Source: an uncultured Methanosarcinales archaeon (GTDB taxonomy: Archaea > Halobacteriota > Methanosarcinia > Methanosarcinales > Methanosarcinaceae). Taken from it: a stretch of DNA of 49,306 nt. Positions within the stretch are counted from its first letter, which is position 1. Every line of letters begins with the position of its first letter. The notes beneath the pieces were generated by a model, which worked only from the letters and a program-made list of their open reading frames with translations, had not been told where the DNA came from and ran no database searches. The stretch spans positions 1-49,306 of the forward strand of contig CAZFNE010000001.1 of the NCBI GenBank assembly GCA_964520335.1, given 5' to 3'. Of this stretch, positions 20,402 to 29,353 are shown piece by piece. The position numbers and the translations under genes were made by a program.

Positions 20402-21559
20402 ATGGCGAGCAAACTTGAAAACAAAATGAATCCAGAAGCAGAAGTCAGCTTCCAGAATCAGAAAGAGAAAAAATCAGAATTTGAAATGCAAACAGAAAAT
20501 GAAAATGAAAAACCAGTGGACATAATGTTGATTCCTGAAGTAGACCCTGATAGATTTTTCAAACTCATGAATTCTTCCATCCAGGGATTAAGACAATACA
20601 AATTGATTGCTACAGCCTATGAGCTTGGGATATTTAAAGTCTTAAGAACTCCTATGTCAGCAGAAGCTCTTGCCTATAAACTCGGATGTAATCCTGAGCT
20701 TATGCCTGTCTTTTGTAAAGCTCTTCTTGAGCTTGGCCTCCTTGATAATGCAGAGAAACAAGAAGAAAACCAGGAAATTACATATAGGGTTTCGGAACTG
20801 GGTGCCGCATATCTTCTTGAAGTTTCTCCATTCTTTCAACAGCATTATTTTGCAGATAGGCTCAAAAACGTTGAGCGCTGGCTCAGATTATCTCAAATAA
20901 TGAAACAGGGGCCTGAAGTTTTTGAAAAAGAACCCTTTTTTGAAGAAGTTGTACAATCCATGGCCGAGAATGCCAGATGCGGAATACTTCAAGAAACCGT
21001 CAAAACTGTGAGGGAAAATATTGACTTTAAAGAAATTAAAAAACTGCTTGACCTTGGAGGAGGGCACGGCCTTTATGCTATTGCTTTTTCAAAACTGGAC
21101 GAGGAGGTTCAGGCTTTTGTTTTTGACTTGCCTTCAGTTACGCAAAAAACAAAGGAATTTATAAAGAGATATTCCGCCTCAAATGTAAATGTAATTCCAG
21201 GAGATTTTTTTAAAGATGACATTGGGGAAGCTTATGATTTAATTTTTTCTTCCTTTAACCCCGGAGGAAAAGTGCCTGCCCTTATCCCAAAGATTGCCGA
21301 AGCCTTAAACCCGGGAGGCATTTTCGTAAATAGGCAGGTTTCCGACGATAAAGTAAAACCGAATGCTTTTCTGGAACTTGACTGGAATCTCTGGACTTTT
21401 GAAGGCGTTAAGAAAGGAGAATCAATTTATAGTTTTGAAAATAGCGTTTCATTTTCAGAATACATAAAGAGACTTGAGGATTACGGGTTCGAAATTTTAA
21501 AAATACTTGACGAGAAAGACGCATCAAAAATCGTTTTTGCCCGAAAGCGCACTGAATAA
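20402..21559 (+). CDS. SAM-dependent O-methyltransferase (methyltransf_2 with dimerisation domain)
   Basis: LLDLGGGHGLY, VFDLP, PGDFF, ALNPGG. Confidence 0.9.
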   Translation: MASKLENKMNPEAEVSFQNQKEKKSEFEMQTENENEKPVDIMLIPEVDPDRFFKLMNSSIQGLRQYKLIATAYELGIFKVLRTPMSAEALAYKLGCNPELMPVFCKALLELGLLDNAEKQEENQEITYRVSELGAAYLLEVSPFFQQHYFADRLKNVERWLRLSQIMKQGPEVFEKEPFFEEVVQSMAENARCGILQETVKTVRENIDFKEIKKLLDLGGGHGLYAIAFSKLDEEVQAFVFDLPSVTQKTKEFIKRYSASNVNVIPGDFFKDDIGEAYDLIFSSFNPGGKVPALIPKIAEALNPGGIFVNRQVSDDKVKPNAFLELDWNLWTFEGVKKGESIYSFENSVSFSEYIKRLEDYGFEILKILDEKDASKIVFARKRTE

Positions 21560-21666
21560 TTAATAGAAATTAATAACACTTGAATAAATAATAAATTAAA
21601 TAATGAAAATAGACTAAGGGCACAGGGATCACAAAAACCGTTATTATCCTGAAAAACAATCTCTCA

Positions 21667-22731
21667 ATGGGGATTGATGTGATAAAAGAAGCAATGTTCT
21701 GTGAGAAAATCGAAAACAATAGAGTACACTGTAATCTCTGTGCCCAGAGCTGCAAAATTGCCCAGGGAAAAAGGGGCTTTTGTGGAGTGCGGGAAAATAG
21801 GGAAGGGGACTTATATACACTGATTTACGGCACCGTATCAAGCGAAGCAATTGACCCAATCGAAAAAAAACCTCTTTACCACTTTTATCCAGGGTCTTAC
21901 GTTTACTCCGTCGGGTCTATTGGCTGTAATTTCCGCTGTAAGCACTGCCAGAACTGGTCAATCTCGCAGGCCAGCCTCGAAGATGCGTATACAATGGATA
22001 TTATGCCTGAAGAACTTATTGAAAGAGCACTTCTTTCCCGCTCGAAATCAATTGCCTGGACATATAATGAACCAACCATATGGCACGAATATACTTCCGA
22101 ATGCGCAAAGCTGGCAAAAGCTGCTGGTTTGGGTACAATCTATGTAACAAACGGGTATATTACTTCCGAAGCCCTGCGGCACATAGCTCCCTATCTGGAC
22201 GCTGCAAATATAGATATTAAAGCCTTTTCCGAAAAATTCTATCATGATGTCGCGAGTGCAAAACTTGCCCCCGTACTTGAAGCTACCGCCCTTGCAAAAC
22301 AACTGGGAATCCACGTGGAGATTACAACCCTGATTATCCCTGAAGCCAATGATTCGCTTGACGAACTCAGGCAACTTTCAAGATGGGTTTATGAAAACCT
22401 TGGCCCTGAGACTCCTCTCCACTTTACGCGCTTTCACCCCCAGTACCAGATGCAAAACCTTTACCCAACCCCCGTAAAAACCATGCAGGAAGCCTGTAAA
22501 ATCGCAACCGAAGAAGGCCTGAAATATGTTTATATGGGAAACGTGCCTGGCAGCGATCGGAATAATACCTTCTGCCCGATATGCGGAAACCTCTTAATCT
22601 CCCGAGGCTTCTTCGACATAGAAAAATATAATATCACACCCGAAAAAACCTGCCCTAAATGCGGAGAACATATTCCCATCATAGGAGAATACCTCGACCC
22701 AAATCAACCCCTGCCCGATGACCAGTACTGA
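21667..22731 (+). CDS. amrS: AmmeMemoRadiSam system radical SAM enzyme
   Basis: CNLCAQSC...GFCGVR, DPIEKKPLYHF.PG, GCNFRCKHCQNW.IS, TYNEP, LHFTRFHP. Confidence 0.92.
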   Translation: MGIDVIKEAMFCEKIENNRVHCNLCAQSCKIAQGKRGFCGVRENREGDLYTLIYGTVSSEAIDPIEKKPLYHFYPGSYVYSVGSIGCNFRCKHCQNWSISQASLEDAYTMDIMPEELIERALLSRSKSIAWTYNEPTIWHEYTSECAKLAKAAGLGTIYVTNGYITSEALRHIAPYLDAANIDIKAFSEKFYHDVASAKLAPVLEATALAKQLGIHVEITTLIIPEANDSLDELRQLSRWVYENLGPETPLHFTRFHPQYQMQNLYPTPVKTMQEACKIATEEGLKYVYMGNVPGSDRNNTFCPICGNLLISRGFFDIEKYNITPEKTCPKCGEHIPIIGEYLDPNQPLPDDQY

Positions 22732-22938
22732 GCTCAATACAATATATGCTTAATAATCAAAACCAGCTTTAAATCCCCTGTCAAGCCTGAGTTCACTTGT
22801 TAGATTTTTTTACTTATACTTTTTATTGAAAGCAACGTCGGAATAGTAAATAAACTTAAATTTTTGCCTATTATCTTCCTATTAACTTTTTTATTTGAAA
22901 AGTAGTAAAAAAGAAACTTATCTCTTCAATTTAAATCA

Positions 22939-23012
22939 GTCCGTTTGAACGGGCGAAGCGAGTAAAACGGACCCCGTGCTCCCGAAGCGGAACTCGGGAA
23001 GCGCAACTCGGG
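22939..23012. repeat. GC-rich REP-like palindromic element
   Basis: GTCCGTTT/AAACGGAC inverted repeat around GCGAAGCG, followed by tandem GAAGCG(G/C)AACTCGGG. Confidence 0.65.
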
Positions 23013-23525
23013 TCAGAAAAGAGACGCGTTATACCCTTCTTTAAAAATCTTAATTATCCCTGCTTTAAGAGAAGGAGTATATTCTTCAGGATTTATGCCG
23101 ATGGCTCTGTATAATTCTTCTGGATCTACCCATTCTATGTAAGCAGCTTCTTCCGGGTCAGGCTTAATTAAACGGGAGGTTTCTTCTGAACACCTAGCTG
23201 TAAATACAGTATGAAAAGCTCCTCCCTTTTCAAAAATGCAGGCAAGCTTAAATAATTTAAGAAAAGGAACTGAAATCCCTATTTCTTCCAGCATTTCCCT
23301 TTGCATGCAGACTTCATAGGATTCATCTGCCACTGTCCCGCTTACCGAATAGGTATAACGGTCTGGGTACCAGCGTTTTCCAGAAGCCCTTTTTTGAATA
23401 AGCATCTGGTTTTCAGGATTTAATAGAATTAACTGAGAAGCTCTATGAATATAGCTTCCAGAGTAAAATTCCTCGCGATTACGCAAACCAAGAAAATTAT
23501 CGTTTGCGTCAACTTCAGTTATCAT
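23013..23525 (-). CDS. NUDIX hydrolase (IDI type-1-like subfamily)
   Basis: HRAS...LIQKRA..K.WYP, SGTV.DESYE.CMQREMLEEIGI Nudix box. Confidence 0.88.
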   Translation of the reverse strand: MITEVDANDNFLGLRNREEFYSGSYIHRASQLILLNPENQMLIQKRASGKRWYPDRYTYSVSGTVADESYEVCMQREMLEEIGISVPFLKLFKLACIFEKGGAFHTVFTARCSEETSRLIKPDPEEAAYIEWVDPEELYRAIGINPEEYTPSLKAGIIKIFKEGYNASLF

Positions 23526-23707
23526 TTCTACCAGAAAAAAGCCCTCACACCAGATGTTTTCCTGAATTTAATTAGTTTTACGGATATTCTCGATATGCAT
23601 CCAAAATAAATAAAAATTAAAAAATAAAATTTATTAAAAAAATAAAGTTAAAAGCCTCAAAAATTAAAGATAAATAAATGCCCTAAGAAATCCTGTTTTC
23701 AGCTATT

Positions 23708-24013
23708 TCAGGGCTCAGAGACTTCTTTTGGCTTTTCGGAAGATTTCTGGATTTCGTCAAGGAGCTGGTCGTCAGTTTTGCCTCGTATGTCAATTCCGAG
23801 TTTTGAAGCTGTTTCCTGAACTTTGCTCTTTGGAGTTACAGGTTCTTTTAAAGATTTCTCAAATTCTTTCAGGTTTAATTCGGATTCTCTCTGGGCTTTC
23901 TTGAATTCTCCCATAGAACTTCCCATAGACCGGGCTAGTTCCGGAAGTTTTGTTGCTCCAAAGAGAAGGACAACTACTGCAAAAATCATTATTATTTCGT
24001 TTGTGCCTATCAT
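23708..24013 (-). CDS. tatA: Twin-arginine translocase TatA
   Basis: IG..E.....VVLLFGATKLPELARSMG....EFKKA. Confidence 0.93.
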   Translation of the reverse strand: MIGTNEIIMIFAVVVLLFGATKLPELARSMGSSMGEFKKAQRESELNLKEFEKSLKEPVTPKSKVQETASKLGIDIRGKTDDQLLDEIQKSSEKPKEVSEP

Positions 24014-24623
24014 GGCTTAACCTCAAGCTGTCGTTTTCTTAATGATTTGAAGTTTCTGGGTAAAGTAAATCTTTGAAGAGAATATCATATTAAAATTCAT
24101 GTCATTCTTAAATTAGGCTAAGATTTTTCATATTATATAAAGCTTCTATTTTTATGTAACACCGAATAACATTTATTTCAATGTTTTCAGGTTTCTTTTG
24201 GGGAGATACGTAATTAATATTTGAGTGTTATATTAACTAATTTAATATATTTTTTAATATATTTTGCTAATTAAATTGTTTAATGGTTAGGTAATAAATA
24301 TGTGTATAATAGTGCTTAATTCAAGAAATTCTTATTTGAAATATTTATTGGATTAAATAATTTAAATATTATCTCATTATATTTATATTATTCAGTCTTA
24401 AAAATAAATCTATTTAAAGAGTTTATCTGATTTGAGGAACCAAACCTATCCGAGCCAGTTGATTTTTAAGGGGTTTGGGCCTGAAACTTGAGATTGCTCG
24501 ATTTCTTTTTTAAATGAATTCTTAAGCTTTCAATAATTTTCTAAGCTGTAAAGGAGATTTCTGATGATTCTGCTAAATTAGTAGTGATTATAAATTTGCT
24601 TTAGTTTATATTCACTTAGAAGA

Positions 24624-24673
24624 TTATTTTATTTATTTATTTATTTATTTATTTATTATTTTATTTATTTATT
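24624..24673. repeat. (TTTA)n microsatellite at the 3' end of the second tatA
   Basis: About 7 perfect ATTT units plus degenerate flanks overlapping the stop codon. Confidence 0.8.
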
Positions 24674-24964
24674 GGGACTTTCAGAATCCTTTTTTTCTTC
24701 TTTTACTTCTTCATTTACTTTTTCTTTTTTATTAATATCGGGGTTTTCCCGGGCTTTTTCTTCTGTTGCCCTGGGAGCAGCATTACTTTCGGTTTTTTGC
24801 TTATAAGAGTCGAACTGTGGCAGTTCCATCTCAGCAGACATCTGGGCTTTCTTAAATTCCCCTACTGCATGTCCGATAGAGCGCGCTAATTCAGGAAGTT
24901 TTTGAGGCCCAAAAAGGAAGAGAGCGGCAACCACAATTGCAACCATTTCCATAGTACCTATCAT
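24665..24964 (-). CDS. tatA: Twin-arginine translocase TatA/TatB-family subunit
   Basis: IGTMEM......LFLFGPQKLPELARSIG.AVGEFKKA. Confidence 0.9.
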   Translation of the reverse strand: MIGTMEMVAIVVAALFLFGPQKLPELARSIGHAVGEFKKAQMSAEMELPQFDSYKQKTESNAAPRATEEKARENPDINKKEKVNEEVKEEKKDSESPNK

Positions 24965-25084
24965 TAATCGTTATTATTAACAATCTAATATAAAAACCCT
25001 TGTAAACCAATCCATATATAAAATTACCGAAAGTTTAAAAATGCAGGGCTTAAGTTCAAAGCAGTTTCTGGAGAAAAACTGCGC

Positions 25085-25864
25085 TTAGAACAGCCGAACC
25101 AAAAGAAGGCTGAATTCAAACAAAACTCCAAGAAGGATTGCTACTACAACCTGGGCAATAAAGGTAGGATCAGGAGTCAGGAAGAGGGAAAAGGCTAAAA
25201 TTACACTATAGATTAACATCCTCTGATTTTTAAGAGTGTTATATTCAACCAGATTCATTTTTACTGCAAATACCACAAGGAGGGGAAGCTGGAAGACTAC
25301 TCCAAAACCTGCCAGAATCGTAGTCACGGCAGATAGGGTATCTTGGACTGAAAGTTGAGCCGTAGCTAAATCGCCTGAATAAAAAAGTATATACTTAAAC
25401 ATTGCAGGCAGGATCACAAAATACCCTATTGCAGCTCCAAAAATAAAAAGCAGGAAAGATGCGGGAACAACTTTAAGGAAAAAGCGTCTCTCGTGCGGAT
25501 AAAGGCCTTTTCCTGCAAATTTGTAAAGCTGGTAAAATAACTGCGGAATTGAGATGGCAAGCGCAAAAACTAGACAGAGCTTGAGGCGAGCAAAAGTCCA
25601 TTCAAGAGGGGAATAAGCTGTCATTATAAGCTCGGTGCTTATGAACCTTTTCCAGATAATGAGCATTCCTTCATCGGAAAAAGGAAAAGCAATAAATATC
25701 CCTGCAACAAGCCAGATTAAAACAATTGCTAACCGGTTCCTAAGTTCGACCAGGTGAGCTACAATCGGTTCTTCAGAATCTCCTGGAACGCCTTTTGTAT
25801 ATGAACTCTTTCCTGGAAGATTGCCAATAGCAGGGGTCTCATTTCCGTTACATTTTGAATCCAT
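25085..25864 (-). CDS. tatC: Twin-arginine translocase TatC (paralog 1)
   Basis: HLVELRNRL, YQLYKF...GLYPHER, FGVVFQLP, LTPDPT. Confidence 0.93.
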   Translation of the reverse strand: MDSKCNGNETPAIGNLPGKSSYTKGVPGDSEEPIVAHLVELRNRLAIVLIWLVAGIFIAFPFSDEGMLIIWKRFISTELIMTAYSPLEWTFARLKLCLVFALAISIPQLFYQLYKFAGKGLYPHERRFFLKVVPASFLLFIFGAAIGYFVILPAMFKYILFYSGDLATAQLSVQDTLSAVTTILAGFGVVFQLPLLVVFAVKMNLVEYNTLKNQRMLIYSVILAFSLFLTPDPTFIAQVVVAILLGVLFEFSLLLVRLF

Positions 25865-27082
25865 TTTTTCGCTCTTACTTGCCTTTATAAATATATAAAT
25901 ATATTGATATAATATTACTTTTAAATCTTAGTGTTTGTGCAAATGATCAAGAAATGCTTTTTGAACTGAAAATCCCTTATAGATTCTTTCTCTTATAGGA
26001 ATCTTTTCAGTTCATTGCATGGAGTTATTTTATATCCCGAGTTCGATAAAGAGGAATACTATTCATATTCAGTGTCTGTGCATTGTATTCTTTTCACTTA
26101 TATTATTATTTCTAATAAGCTGTAAGAAGTGAATGAAGTCCTAAAAGGTCTAAGTACTTTTATGGTACTTAATTAATGGTACTTAAATAGTTATATATTG
26201 ACCAGAATCGTCACCAGGTCAAATTAGCATAAAAGGCAAATTTAATAAAAAGACAGATTAGGCAAGGAAATTAAACCAATTTGCCTATTTTTGCAATATC
26301 ACATCAAATTAAAATTATATAAAAATAATTTAAAACTCATTTATAGAACCCTAGATTTGATAGTAAGATTAATATAATTTTTGAGTTATAAAGATATCAT
26401 TACAAGATATCCCTAATAACCAACCTCAATTAAATATCTGCTTATATAAATAAAAGTGAAAAGTAAGGCTAAATAAGCCTTTAAAACACAACTCCAAAAA
26501 ACAAGCCTTAATATAATTAAAGTAAAATATAATTTTTATTTGAGGCAAGGATCTTCGATCTTCATTAAGAATTATTTAAAAGATCTCTAAATCCAAATTC
26601 AGATAAATTATCCTAATTGCCTGGTCTAAACCACCTGATCAAACTTATGGAACCCTTATTATTTGCTTAGAAACAATAAGATGACAAAATGAGAATTTAT
26701 TATTCAAAAATATTTATTAAGACAGGTTAAGCCAATTATTACTGCCAAGATTAATATTTAAAACCGTTAAATATTTAAGTAAAATTTAAGTAAAATAAAA
26801 GTTTCCGAATTACAACATAATTTCAATAACTTAGTTTCGTCTCCAGAGTTATTCGTACTCAATATGCTCAATTCAAAAGTTATATCCCCGTTCAGGTATT
26901 CAAGACTCGAATAAAAATTTAAATTTAAGTAACTGGCTAATTGAAAAATGAAAAGCAAAAAAGTAAAAGGAAAATGAATTATAGAGACCTTCTATAAATG
27001 AGAAAAATGTCTGAAGATTTGAAAACAAATATTAAAACAAATATTATATTTTTCCCTTTACGTCTCCGGATAGGTACTTGAT

Positions 27083-27868
27083 ATGTCTGAAGCAATAGAA
27101 AGTTTAAGCGTAATCTTATTAACCCTGAGAAAAAAGTTGCTCATAATTGCGGCAGTTCTTTTCACAGGCATTATAGTCTCCTTTCAGTTTACCAGCCCTT
27201 TGATAGAGAGGATGAAAATTGATCTCCTCCCTGAGGGAGCGAAGCTGGTTTATGTCTCTCCCCTTGAAGTAATGATGCTGCAGTTAAAACTTTCCGTAAT
27301 AATAGGTTTGTTAATTACCACCCCTATAATTTTGCTCTATACTTATAGAGCCATTACAAGGCGTTACGCAGTTAAAATTCCAGTAACTATTGGAAAAGGC
27401 CAGGCTCTTTTCTTAAGCATAGCAATTATAGTCATGTTTATCCTTGGAGCTTCCTATGCTTACTTTTTGATGCTTCCCCTTTTCCTCAAGTACCTTTATA
27501 TTGATGCAGCAGACGCAGGAGTAACTGCAACCTATTCAATCTTCAAGTTCATCTCATTTGCAGCAATAACTACAGCAAGCTTTGGTTTGATTTTCGAGCT
27601 TCCTATATTTCTGACTTTCTTAACCAGAAACGGATACGTCAAATACAGTACCCTTGTCACATATCGCAAACACATCTATATACTTGTGATGATTGTTGCA
27701 GCGTTTATCACCCCAGGGGCTGATATCTTTAGCCAGATGATGGTCGCCGTTCCTATGGTGTTCTTTTTTGAGATCAGCATGATTATTGTACGGATTCTTG
27801 GAGTGAAAAGCAGTATTTCCAAATCAGATAGTTCAATTTCGGCTCCCGGGGTAATAAGGAGAAGCTGA
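27083..27868 (+). CDS. tatC: Twin-arginine translocase TatC (paralog 2)
   Basis: SPLEV, FGLIFELP, YRKH, AAFITPGADIFSQ...PMVFFFEIS. Confidence 0.9.
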   Translation: MSEAIESLSVILLTLRKKLLIIAAVLFTGIIVSFQFTSPLIERMKIDLLPEGAKLVYVSPLEVMMLQLKLSVIIGLLITTPIILLYTYRAITRRYAVKIPVTIGKGQALFLSIAIIVMFILGASYAYFLMLPLFLKYLYIDAADAGVTATYSIFKFISFAAITTASFGLIFELPIFLTFLTRNGYVKYSTLVTYRKHIYILVMIVAAFITPGADIFSQMMVAVPMVFFFEISMIIVRILGVKSSISKSDSSISAPGVIRRS

Positions 27869-27996
27869 AGAATCAAATAAAAAAAGAAAAAGAAATAGGA
27901 CCGAAATCCAGGATTAACTCTGGATTCTGGCAACTATTTATACTTTCACCCAATTTATGGAAATCTTATTTAACCTGAATCTCTATTTTCAGAAAC

Positions 27997-28944
27997 ATGG
28001 AACCACAGTATATAAAGGCAAATCTTCAGGTAATTGCCGCATCTGTTATCTACGGATTTGCAGGAATTTTTTTCCTGTTCATTAAAAATATGGCTTCAGG
28101 CCCTGTGGTTTTCTACCAGCTCCTTTTCGGTTTTCTTGTGCTTACGGCCTATCTTGTATTAAGAGGGAAACTATCGGAAATCCGTTTCAAAGGAAAAAGA
28201 AGAACCCTCATGCTGCTTGGAGTCTGGCATGCAGGAGTGATGCTTTCTTATTATACGGCTGTAAGCCTTACTAATGTCTCCATTTCCGTACTTTTACTTT
28301 ATACAGCTCCCTTTTATACGCTGCTTCTTGCTCCTTTACTTCTTAAAGAAAAACTCAATCCCAAAAACCTTGTTGCCCTTTTGCTTTCGCTTACAGGGAT
28401 TATAATTGTAATTGGCCCTGAAAATCTAAGCTTCGATGGAATAGAAATGCGAACTGACTATCTTTTTGGAGTCCTTATGGGCCTTTTTTCAGGATTCTTC
28501 TATGCATGTATTATATTGACTTCGCGCTATCTTAAGGACGAATATTCCGGAAATGAACAGCTTTTTATTTCAACAGCAGTAACTCTTGTCCTTTTACTTC
28601 CTTTTGCCTTCCAGGCTTCTCCCGGATCTGTCCTTGAAAACTTGCCAGTACTTCTCTTTCTTGGAGTAGCTGTTACATCTATAGGGTCTATTCTTTATTT
28701 TACTGGCCTTGTCCATGTAAAAGCTCAAAATGCAAGTATTATATCCCTGCTTGAGCCTGTAAGTGCAATTTTCTTTGCGTATATTTTCCTGAAAGATCCT
28801 GTTTCTACTGGCACTTTGCTTGGATGCGGGCTCATTCTTTCAAGCACCCTGCTTGTAAGCCTGGAAGAAAGAACCGGAAATGAAATCGGAGATAAAACCC
28901 GAAACGAAAAAGAATATGCAACAGGAAAGAAAATAGAAAATTAA
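27997..28944 (+). CDS. EamA/DMT family transporter
   Basis: About 10 TM helices; LLLYTAPF...L.KEK and ASIISLLEPVSA. Confidence 0.92.
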   Translation: MEPQYIKANLQVIAASVIYGFAGIFFLFIKNMASGPVVFYQLLFGFLVLTAYLVLRGKLSEIRFKGKRRTLMLLGVWHAGVMLSYYTAVSLTNVSISVLLLYTAPFYTLLLAPLLLKEKLNPKNLVALLLSLTGIIIVIGPENLSFDGIEMRTDYLFGVLMGLFSGFFYACIILTSRYLKDEYSGNEQLFISTAVTLVLLLPFAFQASPGSVLENLPVLLFLGVAVTSIGSILYFTGLVHVKAQNASIISLLEPVSAIFFAYIFLKDPVSTGTLLGCGLILSSTLLVSLEERTGNEIGDKTRNEKEYATGKKIEN

Positions 28945-29353
28945 ATATAAATTAATTCAAAATCTTTCTTCATGTTTAATCTGAAACCCTGATAAAATCG
29001 GATATTAATGATTTTAATGATTTTAAATCTATTTAGGATTAAAAAGAAGGATTCATAAGCTTGTAAAAAATCTAATAAAGATTTAATTTCAGGAGATTTA
29101 AAAACCACCTGATACAAACTATCCTTTAAAGTGATATTCTTTAAAACGAGTTTGTATTACTTTAAATACTTAAAAGGACTCGATATTAGCGAAAACATAA
29201 CAAAATTTATTAGTAATACCTTATAGAAATAGACTATATTCTTATCAGTCATAATATATTTAACAATTCACTGTATATCAAGTAACTATTGCTAATTCAT
29301 TGCTTATAAAAAATAAATTCCCTTATTCAGCATTTCAAAGACCTGGTATTTAT

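Noticed and set aside
26767..26958. 63-aa ORF between the tatC genes
   Set aside because: AT-rich, no RBS, no motif; likely spurious
29300..29353. TTG start at 29300 for the Hhe-like gene
   Set aside because: DUF4011 similarity begins just after the ATG at 29354, and the extra 18 residues look non-coding
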